Shown in pieces: positions 33,569-45,682 of a stretch of DNA of 64,000 bases. Every line of letters begins with the position of its first letter. The stretch's first letter is position 1. Source of the stretch: an uncultured Actinomycetes bacterium. GTDB lineage: Bacteria > Actinomycetota > UBA4738 > HRBIN12. The translations under genes were made by a program, and so were the position numbers. The stretch lies in contig CAVPIB010000001.1 of assembly GCA_963704885.1 (NCBI GenBank), positions 736,001 to 800,000 of the forward strand, read 5' to 3'. A model generated the notes under the pieces. It was not told the origin of the DNA. It saw only the letters and a program-made list of their open reading frames with translations, and did not search any database.

Positions 33569-34296
33569 TCGGTCTCGCCGCTCGGCATCGGTTCCGGGAC
33601 GGTCGGCTCCTCGGCGTCATCGACAGCGGGCACCACCACGCGCTCGTGTCGGATGGCGGCCACGATCGCGTCGAGCTTCGAGTGGACGCCCAGTTTCATG
33701 AGGATGTTCTGCACGTGTGTCCTGACCGTGCTCCGACTGAGGCCGAGATCCGCGGAGATGGCCTCAGGAGATCGACCGTCGGATAGGGCTTGCAGGATCT
33801 CTAGCTCGCGCGGTGTCAGGCGGTCCAGGCGTTGAGCCATGTCCCCGTTGCGGCTCCGCACGCGCTTGAGTCGATCGAGCGCCGCCTGCACTTCGTCATC
33901 CGGGTTCAGAGGCTCTCCGCGATGCGCCCTCCGCACGGCCTCCGCCAGATCGCCGATCGCCGCGGTCTTCCGGAGGAATCCGGCAGCGCCTGCCCGGACG
34001 GCCCGACCGTGCGCCAACTCGTCCTCTGAGCCCGTGAGGATGACCACCTCGGTGTCTTGACTGGCCGAGCGGATACGACGGGAGTTCTCCAGGCCGTCCA
34101 CCCCGGGCATCTGAAGATCCAGGAGCACCACGTCCGGCCGGCGCTCGGCGACGGTCGCGGCGGCTTCCTCACCATCCGTCAGGATGGCAATGACCTCCAG
34201 ATCACGTTCCTTCCCCAGTGCATAGGCGAGCGCTTCCGCGAACGCGCGGTGGTCGTCGGCGATGACGAGTGTGATCCGGGGATCGGGCGTTCCCAT
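33565..34296 (-). CDS. NarL/LuxR-family response regulator, no adjacent kinase
   Basis: IADDH, LLDLQMP, FLRK receiver motifs; [27 protein letters not shown]. Confidence 0.92.
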   Translation of the reverse strand: MGTPDPRITLVIADDHRAFAEALAYALGKERDLEVIAILTDGEEAAATVAERRPDVVLLDLQMPGVDGLENSRRIRSASQDTEVVILTGSEDELAHGRAVRAGAAGFLRKTAAIGDLAEAVRRAHRGEPLNPDDEVQAALDRLKRVRSRNGDMAQRLDRLTPRELEILQALSDGRSPEAISADLGLSRSTVRTHVQNILMKLGVHSKLDAIVAAIRHERVVVPAVDDAEEPTVPEPMPSGETD

Positions 34297-34381
34297 GGTG
34301 TCGAATCGTAGGCCGGGTAACGGGGCCGCGCACGCACCTGTCCTGTTGCCGCGTGCCTCGACCCCGGATAGCGTGCGCCGC

Positions 34382-34771
34382 GTGGATCCCAAGGCACAGG
34401 GCAAGATCTACGGACCGGTCGGATTCGAGATCACCCCTGAACGCGTCGCCGCGTTCCGGGGCCTGTTCGACGGGCTGGGAGGGGTGCACCCGACGCTCTT
34501 GTCCGCCGCGGAGTTCGCCCTGTTCCCGGCGATAATGGGTGATCCTGAGCTCGATCTGGATTTCCAACGGGTCGTACACGCAAGTCAGGTTTACGAGTAC
34601 GAGCGTCCTCTCCGGGTCGGGGAGACCCTGTCCGTGGAGGGGCAGGTCACGTCGATCCGTCACAAGGGCGGGAACGGATTCCTGACGGTGGAGATGCGGT
34701 TCCGAGATGGAACCGCGGACCTCGTGGCCACGGCGACCTCGCTCATGATCGAACGGGGCGGATCCGGATGA
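34382..34771 (+). CDS. MaoC-like dehydratase subunit (HadA-like)
   Basis: PTL, VVHASQVYEYERPLRVGE hotdog fold; paired with the next gene after rpmG as in other actinobacteria. Confidence 0.82.
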   Translation: MDPKAQGKIYGPVGFEITPERVAAFRGLFDGLGGVHPTLLSAAEFALFPAIMGDPELDLDFQRVVHASQVYEYERPLRVGETLSVEGQVTSIRHKGGNGFLTVEMRFRDGTADLVATATSLMIERGGSG

Positions 34772-35190
34772 CGCGGTTCGAGGACCTCGAGGTCGGCCAG
34801 GCACTGCCCCCGCTCTCGCGGGTGGTATCACGCGAGGATGTGCGGGCTTACGCGGATGCCGGCGGTGATCATAATCCGCTCCACCAAGACGACGACGTCG
34901 CCCGGGCCGCCGGATTCCCCGGGATCATCGCCCACGGGATGTTCACCATGGGCCACCTCGCCGCATGCGTCGCGGCATGGGTCGGGGATCCCGCCGGGGT
35001 GCTGCGTCTGTCTGCGCAGTTCCGCGCGCCTGTGTTCATGGGAGAGGAGATCGTCGCGACGGGTCGGGTGACCCATCTCGATACCGAGACCCGGACGGCG
35101 ATCGCGGAGCTCTGGGTCACGCTGGAGCGTGACGACGTCGTCGAGTACCCGATCCGAAAAGGCGAAGCGACGGTTCGATTCACGGACTAG
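34768..35190 (+). CDS. MaoC family dehydratase (HadB-like)
   Basis: YADAGGDHNPLH hydratase motif, IAHGM, FRAPV. Confidence 0.9.
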   Translation: MTRFEDLEVGQALPPLSRVVSREDVRAYADAGGDHNPLHQDDDVARAAGFPGIIAHGMFTMGHLAACVAAWVGDPAGVLRLSAQFRAPVFMGEEIVATGRVTHLDTETRTAIAELWVTLERDDVVEYPIRKGEATVRFTD

Positions 35191-35199
35191 CCGTGGCCG

Positions 35200-36807
35200 C
35201 TACTGGGCACGACCGCGACCCGACATGGCCTGGATCGCGTCGCTCATCCGATCGATCACGATCTGCAGATCTCCGCCGACCCCTTCGTCGACTCGGACGG
35301 ATAGGCGATCGATCTTCTCGCCCAGGACCTCCGCTACCTTGATCATGGCCTCGGCGGTCGACTGGGATTCCTTGTGGAGCTGTTCCGACATGGTCTGGAA
35401 GCGACGGTCTACCCCGCCGGCAACATCGGAGCCGAGTCCGGCCTGAAGCTCCTTGACCGCCCGAAGCACCTGCTTCGTGGTGGCGTCGTCGCTCTCGACC
35501 GGCGCGCCCGACATGCGTTGGGCGATCACCCGGTTGTCCGATCGGATCATCTTCGCGAGCGCCCCGAGTCCCTCGTCGACGTGCTCGGCCATGCGTTCCT
35601 CGGTCTGGCTCCGAGACTGCACCACCGTCTCGACCAGCGAGACGCCCATCTCGTCGATCGACGTGATCGAGGTATCCAGACGCTCGAGCGTTCGCTCGAA
35701 CGTCGAGGCCACGGCGATGTCGGCGGCTTCGGCGGCACGTTGGGCGACCGTTTCTGCCACCGATCCGAGCTGCGATTCGATCCGCTCCGTGAGCTCGGCC
35801 AGGTTCCGTTCGACGCTAGCGCTGACGGCGAGCGTGAGCGAGGACATCCGCTCGTTCACGACGTCGGTCAGTCGTTCCTCCTGAACTGCGGCGTTGCGAT
35901 CGATCAGCTCTCTCAGGGCCTCGGAATCCGAGCGCGTGAGCTGTGCGAGCCCCATCACCCGGGTCTCCAGGAGGTTCTCCATGGCGATCTGGTGCTCCTG
36001 GCTCGTTCGACCCTGGATCCCGACCCGCTCTCCCAGCATCTGGAGCTGCTCGGCCATCTCGCGGGTCTCGTCGGCTACCGTGGCGCGGAGCTTGTCTGCC
36101 AACGTATCGTCGTGAGCGGCGAACGCCGCCGCGTGCTGCTCGATACGTTGCGCCAGGCGACCCATCGCCTCGGCGCCTCCTTGCACGTAGCTCTCCATCG
36201 CCTCGACGATCCTTGCGGTCTCGCGAGCGATCAGATCTCCGTGCTCGACGATCTTGTCCTTGATGGCGCCGGTCAGCGCCTGGTCGCGCTCATCCAGGTG
36301 TTGGAACGTCGACGCGATGTGTTCCTCCACCTGCTCGAGCTGGGTGCGAACCAGCTCGACGCCTTGGAGGGTGGGCGAATTCGCGATCTCGTGCACCGAT
36401 CGAGCTGACAGCTGGACCGCTTCGCGCACCAATCGGCCGTTCTCTGCCAGCTCGGCGAGCGCGTCCTCCAGCCGGGCGGTGCGGACCGCCAGGGCCTGGA
36501 ATCGGTCGTCGCTCGAAGCGATCAGGCTGCGGATCGCCTGGTCGCGTGAGATGAAGCTCAAGATCCGGTCCTGTTCGGGACCGACGTCCGTTCCGGATAC
36601 TCGCCACATCTCCGAAGCGATCTCTCGCATCAGCGAGGACGCATGGTCTTCGATCGCCCGCAGTCCCTCCTCCAGACGCTCCTCGACCGCACGCTCGTGC
36701 GGGTCGGTTGAAACGCGGCGAAGTTCGGGAGCATCAGACCGACGGGCGAACAGCCCACGCCGGGGGCCGCCGGGCATCTCCGGCGGATACGTGGTACCGG
36801 TATCCAT
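35200..36807 (-). CDS. Long all-helical/coiled-coil protein of unknown function
   Basis: About 535-aa open frame rich in E/A/R/L with no TM segment; start uncertain. Confidence 0.75.
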   Translation of the reverse strand: MDTGTTYPPEMPGGPRRGLFARRSDAPELRRVSTDPHERAVEERLEEGLRAIEDHASSLMREIASEMWRVSGTDVGPEQDRILSFISRDQAIRSLIASSDDRFQALAVRTARLEDALAELAENGRLVREAVQLSARSVHEIANSPTLQGVELVRTQLEQVEEHIASTFQHLDERDQALTGAIKDKIVEHGDLIARETARIVEAMESYVQGGAEAMGRLAQRIEQHAAAFAAHDDTLADKLRATVADETREMAEQLQMLGERVGIQGRTSQEHQIAMENLLETRVMGLAQLTRSDSEALRELIDRNAAVQEERLTDVVNERMSSLTLAVSASVERNLAELTERIESQLGSVAETVAQRAAEAADIAVASTFERTLERLDTSITSIDEMGVSLVETVVQSRSQTEERMAEHVDEGLGALAKMIRSDNRVIAQRMSGAPVESDDATTKQVLRAVKELQAGLGSDVAGGVDRRFQTMSEQLHKESQSTAEAMIKVAEVLGEKIDRLSVRVDEGVGGDLQIVIDRMSDAIQAMSGRGRAQ

Positions 36808-36929
36808 GTCGAGGCCTCGCGATCCGGGGCCGGCGCGATGCGTCCGCCGAAGCATAGGTCAGCCTCGGGGCGCGAACACGCATATCGAGGCCGAAAGATG
36901 CGCGCGCCGATGCCCTCGCGCCGGCTCCT

Positions 36930-36958
36930 TTGCCGAGGCTAGGGGTCGTACCTATACT
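36930..36958 (+). promoter_or_regulatory. Promoter of tRNA-Trp-secE-nusG
   Basis: TTGCCG-N17-TATACT. Confidence 0.7.
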
Positions 36959-37000
36959 GAGGACTCCGAAGTCCCCCACGTACCTGGGCGACCGGAGCCG

Positions 37001-37074
37001 AGGGGCGTAGCTCAACTTGGTAGAGCACCGGTCTCCAAAACCGGCGGTTGGGGGTTCAAGTCCCTCCGCCCCTG
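37001..37074 (+). tRNA. tRNA-Trp(CCA), CCA end not encoded
   Basis: Acceptor AGGGGCG/CGCCCCT, anticodon arm ccggt-CTCCAAA-accgg; directly upstream of secE. Confidence 0.96.
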
Positions 37075-37086
37075 CAAGGGAGCACC

Positions 37087-37416
37087 ATGAATAGGCAGAT
37101 GAAGCGGATGCAGGAGCGCCAGGAGCGCAAGGCGCGTGGCTCGAGCACCGAGCGGCGCGAGGCTGCAACCACGTCTGCTCGCCGCGGAACCGGCGGAGCG
37201 CCGGCCGGCCGTAGTGACGGCAAGAAGAAGCGAACCGGCGCCCGGCAGTTCCTGAAAGAGGTTCGCCAGGAGCTGCGGAAGGTCGATTGGCCCTCCCGAA
37301 GAGAGCTGATCTCCTACACGGTCGTGGTGCTGGTGACCATCGTCGTGATGACGACTTACGTGTTCGGTCTCGACTATGTCTTTTCCAAGCTCGTCTTGAA
37401 CGCTCTCGCCAATTGA
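37087..37416 (+). CDS. secE: Preprotein translocase subunit SecE
   Basis: [17 protein letters not shown] then one TM; basic N-terminal extension. Confidence 0.95.
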   Translation: MNRQMKRMQERQERKARGSSTERREAATTSARRGTGGAPAGRSDGKKKRTGARQFLKEVRQELRKVDWPSRRELISYTVVVLVTIVVMTTYVFGLDYVFSKLVLNALAN

Positions 37417-37433
37417 CCCCTCCTGAGGATCTC

Positions 37434-38480
37434 GTGACCGACGACCCCACCGTGGATCCCGATGACGCACGCGAAGCCGTGGATGCGGCTCAGCCCTCCG
37501 ACACGTCCATGTCGGAGACGCCCGTGACCGAAGCCCTCGAAGCGGCTGCGGAGGTCCACGAGTTGGCCGATGAGGCCGCGGCCGAGACCATGGCCGAGGC
37601 CGTCGTCGAGGCAACCGATATCGAGGCCGAAGCGGATCTGGTCGCCGGGTCCATCCTGGAGGAGGCCGCCGAGGAGGCCGAAGCGCTGATCGAGATCGGC
37701 GAGGTTGAGCCCGCCGAAGCTGTCCTCGATCAGGCGATCCAGGACGCCGCCATGGTGGAACTGATAGGCGAGACTGCGGCCGAAGAAGTGCTCATCGAGG
37801 CCGTCATCGAGTCCGCTGTCATGGAAGAAACGGCCGAGGAGATCGCCGAGGAGCTCGTCACCGAGGCGGCTGAGCGCAAGCCTCCCAAGCACGAGCCTAA
37901 GATCGAACAACCCGAACCCGCCGCCGCCGAGGCAGACCCCTTCGGGGGCCCGGGAGACTGGTACGTGGTCCACACCTACGCCGGCTACGAGAACAAGGTC
38001 AAGACCAACTTGGAGTCCCGGATCCACACCATGCAGATGGAGGGCAAGATCTTCAACGTCCACATCCCCATGGAAGACGTGATGGAGATCAAGGGCGGCA
38101 AGAAGCAGGTCGTGCAGAAGAAGGTGTTCCCCGGCTATCTGCTCGTGAAGATGATCTACGACAACGACTCCTGGTATGTGGTGCGGAACACGCCCGGCGT
38201 GACGGGCTTCGTATCGGCAGGCACCGGCTCCAAGCCCACGCCGCTGTCGCGTCGAGAGGTCGAGAAGATCCTGGTGGTCAAGAAGGAAGAGGTGAAGCCG
38301 CAATTCCGCCTCGGGTTCGAGGAAGGCGACGTCGTGCGGATAATCTCGGGTCCTTTCGCCGACTTCAACGGCACGATCAGCGAGATCAACGTGGATCAGA
38401 GCAAGCTGAAGGTGCTCGTCAACATCTTCGACCGCGAGACGCCGGTCGAGCTCGGCTTCGACCAAGTGTCGAAGGTCTAA
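37434..38480 (+). CDS. nusG: Transcription factor NusG with long acidic N-terminal extension
   Basis: [41 protein letters not shown]; start GTG 37434 inferred from a GAGG RBS. Confidence 0.93.
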   Translation: MTDDPTVDPDDAREAVDAAQPSDTSMSETPVTEALEAAAEVHELADEAAAETMAEAVVEATDIEAEADLVAGSILEEAAEEAEALIEIGEVEPAEAVLDQAIQDAAMVELIGETAAEEVLIEAVIESAVMEETAEEIAEELVTEAAERKPPKHEPKIEQPEPAAAEADPFGGPGDWYVVHTYAGYENKVKTNLESRIHTMQMEGKIFNVHIPMEDVMEIKGGKKQVVQKKVFPGYLLVKMIYDNDSWYVVRNTPGVTGFVSAGTGSKPTPLSRREVEKILVVKKEEVKPQFRLGFEEGDVVRIISGPFADFNGTISEINVDQSKLKVLVNIFDRETPVELGFDQVSKV

Positions 38481-38537
38481 CCCCTACGACGCGGGAGGCC
38501 GCCGACGCGGCCGTTTGGACCGCAGGAGGTAGAACAG

Positions 38538-38966
38538 ATGGCGAAGAAGAAGACGCTCGCCCTCGTGAAGCTGCAGATCAAGGCCGGACAGGCGACGCCT
38601 GCTCCCCCCGTGGGGACCGCGTTGGGACAGCACGGCGTGAACATCATGGACTTCTGTCGGCAGTACAACGAGGCTACGCAACAGTTCGCCGGACAGGTGA
38701 TCCCGGTGGAACTCACGATCTACGAGGATCGCTCGTTCTCGTTCGTCACGAAGCAGCCGCCGGCCGCCGAGCTGATCAAGGCTGCGGCCGAGATCGAGAA
38801 GGGCTCCGACATCCCGAACCGGACGAAGGTCGCCAAGCTCTCACAAGACCAGGTGCGGAAGATCGCCGAGCAGAAGATGGCCGATCTGAACGCGAACGAT
38901 GTGGAGATGGCCATGCGGATCATCGCCGGTACGGCGCGGAGCATGGGCGTGGAGGTGGAGGCATGA
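38538..38966 (+). CDS. rplK: 50S ribosomal protein L11
   Basis: [19 protein letters not shown]. Confidence 0.98.
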   Translation: MAKKKTLALVKLQIKAGQATPAPPVGTALGQHGVNIMDFCRQYNEATQQFAGQVIPVELTIYEDRSFSFVTKQPPAAELIKAAAEIEKGSDIPNRTKVAKLSQDQVRKIAEQKMADLNANDVEMAMRIIAGTARSMGVEVEA

Positions 38967-39679
38967 CCGGGCGGGGCAAGCGCTATCGAGAGGCGGAATC
39001 CAAGGTCGACCGTGATCGCGAGTATCAGCCGGGCGATGCCTTCAAGGTCCTGAAGTCGCTGCCAGACGCCAAGTTCGACGAGACCGTTGAGGTCGCGTTC
39101 CGGCTGGGGATCGACACGCGCAAGGCCGATCAGATGGTCCGCGGCACCGTCTCGCTCCCCAACGGGACGGGGCGCTCGGTCCGTGTTGGAGTCTTCGCTG
39201 TGGGCGACAAGGCGCGTGAGGCCACCGAGGCAGGCGCCGAGGTCGTTGGTGGCGAGGAGCTCGTGGAGGAAGTCATCAAGGGCACCATCGACTTCGACGC
39301 CGCCGTCGCCACGCCGGACATGATGGCCGCGGTCGGCAAGGCCGGCCGCGTGCTCGGTCCGCGCGGCTTGATGCCCAACCCGAAGACTGGAACGGTCACC
39401 ATGGATATCGCCAAAGCCGTCTCCGACATCAAGGGCGGCAAGGTCGAGTACCGGGCGGACCGCACCGGGAACGTCCATGTGGTGCTCGGCAAGAAGTCTT
39501 TCGATGAAAGGGCGTTGTTCGAGAACTACCTGACGATCGTCGACGAGATGCTGCGGGCGAAGCCGTCCGCGACGAAGGGCCGCTACATCAAGAGCCTCGC
39601 CGTGTCGACCACCATGGGGCCGAGCGTCCGGATCGACACCGCCCACCCGAAGGGCATCGATAGCGGCGTGCCCGCGTAG
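38963..39679 (+). CDS. rplA: 50S ribosomal protein L1
   Basis: [29 protein letters not shown]. Confidence 0.98.
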   Translation: MTGRGKRYREAESKVDRDREYQPGDAFKVLKSLPDAKFDETVEVAFRLGIDTRKADQMVRGTVSLPNGTGRSVRVGVFAVGDKAREATEAGAEVVGGEELVEEVIKGTIDFDAAVATPDMMAAVGKAGRVLGPRGLMPNPKTGTVTMDIAKAVSDIKGGKVEYRADRTGNVHVVLGKKSFDERALFENYLTIVDEMLRAKPSATKGRYIKSLAVSTTMGPSVRIDTAHPKGIDSGVPA

Positions 39680-39721
39680 AGGGTCGTTGTCGGTCCGGCC
39701 GTCCGGCCGCTAGGCTCTCCG

Positions 39722-39830
39722 CGCCGCAGACAGCAGGGGCGCGTGAGCGCGTAATCCCTTCGGGGTACCTGCCGAGGCAAACCGAAGATGTCGCATCCCG
39801 CGCGTCTCCGCTGTCTGCGGAGGCGCGTGT
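39722..39830 (+). promoter_or_regulatory. L10 leader RNA
   Basis: CCGCAGACAGCAGG...TAA..CTTCGG..CCTGCCGAGG pattern upstream of rplJ; 39724-39734 is complementary to 39810-39820, which also sits in an alternative hairpin. Confidence 0.8.
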
Positions 39831-39853
39831 TGCATCCCTAACGAGGAGGCGCG

Positions 39854-40513
39854 ATGCCCAAAGCCGAGAAGATCGAACGGGTCGGTGAGCTCAAGGAGCG
39901 GATCGAGGGCTCCGATGCTCTCCTGCTCGCTGACTACCGGGGACTCACGGTGTCGGATATCACCGAGCTCAGGCGATCGCTCGCCGAGGGCGGGACACGG
40001 TTCTCGGTGGTCAAGAACACGCTGATGCAGCGTGCGGCCGTCGACGCATCGATCGACGAGCTCGAGTCGATGCTAGACGGACCGACGGCGGTCGCGTTCG
40101 TGGCCGGTGACCCTGTCGCCGCCGCCAAGAAGGTCGTCGACGCGGCGAAGAGGTTCCCCACCCTGATCCTGAAGGGCGGATACATGGACGGCCGCGTGCT
40201 GTCCGCCGATGAGGCCAGGTCGCTCGCGGATCTGGAGCCGCGCGAGGTCATGCTGTCGAAGGTGGCAGGGCTGCTGAAGAGCGAGATGTCCAGGGCCGCC
40301 GCCGCGTTCGTAGCCGCGCAGTCGAAGTTCCTGTCGCTGCTCGCGGCGTATAAGGAGAAGATCCCAGGAGAAGTGCCGACGGCCGAAGAGGCTGTAGCGG
40401 AGGGTATCCCGGAGGCGTTGGTCGCCTCCGACGACGCGACCGACACGGTGGAGCCCACCGTCGAGGAGCCCGCTTCACCCGAACAGAGCGACGAGTCAGA
40501 AGGGGAGGAATGA
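39854..40513 (+). CDS. rplJ: 50S ribosomal protein L10 with acidic C-terminal tail
   Basis: DYRGLTV, VVKNTL, GPTAVAF. Confidence 0.97.
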   Translation: MPKAEKIERVGELKERIEGSDALLLADYRGLTVSDITELRRSLAEGGTRFSVVKNTLMQRAAVDASIDELESMLDGPTAVAFVAGDPVAAAKKVVDAAKRFPTLILKGGYMDGRVLSADEARSLADLEPREVMLSKVAGLLKSEMSRAAAAFVAAQSKFLSLLAAYKEKIPGEVPTAEEAVAEGIPEALVASDDATDTVEPTVEEPASPEQSDESEGEE

Positions 40514-40517
40514 ACCC

Positions 40518-40901
40518 ATGGCGAAGATGAGCACGGATGACCTACTCGGGCAGTTCAAGGAGATGACGCTGCTCGAGTTGTCGGACTTCATCAAGCAGTT
40601 CGAAGAGACGTTCGACGTGAAGGCTGCGTCTGGCGCGCCGGTCATGATGGCCGCCCCAGGCGGCGGAGGTGTCGAGGCCGAGGAGGAGCAGACGGAGTTC
40701 GACGTCGTTCTGACAGCGGTCGGCGACAAGAAGATCCAGGTCATCAAGGAGGTTCGCGCGCTGACGAGCCTCGGCCTGAAGGAGGCCAAGGACCTGGTGG
40801 ACAACGCGCCGAAGGCGGTGCTGGAGAAGGTAGCCAAGGAGGCCGCCGACACGGCCAAGGAGACGCTCGAGGCCGCCGGCGCCACCGTCGAGATCAAGTA
40901 A
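40518..40901 (+). CDS. rplL: 50S ribosomal protein L7/L12
   Basis: [26 protein letters not shown]. Confidence 0.98.
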   Translation: MAKMSTDDLLGQFKEMTLLELSDFIKQFEETFDVKAASGAPVMMAAPGGGGVEAEEEQTEFDVVLTAVGDKKIQVIKEVRALTSLGLKEAKDLVDNAPKAVLEKVAKEAADTAKETLEAAGATVEIK

Positions 40902-40913
40902 CGGATCGACCTC

Positions 40914-40953
40914 GGGAGGGTCCCTCGGAGCGGATCTCCGGGGGACCCCTTCC
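40914..40953 (+). terminator. Hairpin downstream of rplL
   Basis: GGAGGGTCCCTCGGAG / CTCCGGGGGACCCCTTCC inverted repeat; no long U-tract. Confidence 0.55.
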
Positions 40954-41039
40954 TCTGCTCCGGTCGCTCGAAGGCCTGTGCTAGGGTTCGCGGCGGGGAG
41001 GGCGACCTCCGGTCACATCGTCGGAGCGGGGGATCGAAC

Positions 41040-41468
41040 ATGATCGAGAACGACGGCAAGCACTTCGGGAATCGGCTGCGTGAGGCACGGATCCGCGCCG
41101 GCCTCAGTCAATCGGAGCTCGAGGAACTATCAGGGATCCCGAAGGCGAGACTGTCCCGTTATGAGAACGGACACGTGGAGCCTTCGATCCAGACGTTGGC
41201 GAGGCTCGCGGGGGCGCTGAACGTGTCCGAGGCGTCGCTACTGGGTGATCATCGAGCGATCCTGGAGGGGTTCTTCACCGAGTTGTCGGCTCGAGGGGTA
41301 CGGATCGAATCCCAAGAGCAGGGTGCCCGCCTGGCGCACGCGGTCGCCGACATGGTGCAAGCGCTCGGCGGCATCGAGTCGTTCGACGCGGTCGACGAGC
41401 CGGTCGTGTCACGCCGTAGCGAGCACACGGTGTGGATCGACTCGCCCGCCGGGGTCGACCTGTCCTGA
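41040..41468 (+). CDS. XRE-family HTH regulator
   Basis: GNRLREARIRAGLSQSEL..LSRYENGHVEPSIQTLARLAGAL. Confidence 0.9.
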   Translation: MIENDGKHFGNRLREARIRAGLSQSELEELSGIPKARLSRYENGHVEPSIQTLARLAGALNVSEASLLGDHRAILEGFFTELSARGVRIESQEQGARLAHAVADMVQALGGIESFDAVDEPVVSRRSEHTVWIDSPAGVDLS

Positions 41469-42013
41469 GTCACCCCGGGGCCACCGCCATCGACGGTGTG
41501 CGGCTGATCGAGCTCCAAGTACGCGAGGACCAGCGCGGGTCCTTCATCGAGCTATATCGCCAGAGCTGGATCGAGTCCCCAGGCGCCGCTGCTCAAGCGA
41601 ATCTCTCCCGTTCCGTGCCGGGCGTGTTGCGCGGCATGCACTTCCATCGGAGGCAGTGGGACTACTGGAGTCCGGTGGCCGGCGAGGCTTTCGTCGCACT
41701 GGCGGATCTGCGGGAGGGTTCCCCCACCGAGAGGGAGGTCATGACGCTCGGCCTGAGCGGCGACGACCCCCGGGGTCTGTTCATCCCGCCCGGTGTGGCC
41801 CACGGCTTCTATGCCACTTCGGAGTTCGTCATGTTGTACCTGGTGGACGCCTACTTCGACGGTAGCGACGAACACTCCGTGGCCTGGGACGATCCCGAGC
41901 TGGGGATCGCCTGGCCGGCAGGCGATCCGATCTTGTCGGAGCGAGATCGAGGGAACCCGAGCCTCGCCGAGGCTCTTCGATCGCCGCCTCGATACGGCCC
42001 TTCGTTGGGTTGA
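41465..42013 (+). CDS. rfbC: dTDP-4-dehydrorhamnose 3,5-epimerase family protein (start uncertain)
   Basis: DQRGSFIE, QANLSRS, VLRGMHFH, DLREGSPT, GVAHGF, WDDPELGIAWP, LSERD. Confidence 0.85.
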   Translation: MSHPGATAIDGVRLIELQVREDQRGSFIELYRQSWIESPGAAAQANLSRSVPGVLRGMHFHRRQWDYWSPVAGEAFVALADLREGSPTEREVMTLGLSGDDPRGLFIPPGVAHGFYATSEFVMLYLVDAYFDGSDEHSVAWDDPELGIAWPAGDPILSERDRGNPSLAEALRSPPRYGPSLG

Positions 42014-42071
42014 CCTCGGCCAACCGGGGCGTTACCCTTCCGCCGTCCCTGCGAGGGGTGTAGCAGGTGGG

Positions 42072-42100
42072 TTGACTGTGCCTGCGTTCGTGCGTACACT
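42072..42100 (+). promoter_or_regulatory. rpoB promoter
   Basis: TTGACT-N17-TACACT. Confidence 0.78.
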
Positions 42101-42167
42101 ACCCGTTTGCCGTGACGTCCACCGCGCTCCGCTGTGCGCCAGCTAGCTGCCCCGGGAGGGATCTCGT

Positions 42168-45620
<3,453 letters not shown>

Positions 45621-45682
45621 GCGGGAACACGCGATCGTTGAACAGGGTGAAGAGCGAGCCACGCGAGGAGGCGAGCGCTTAG

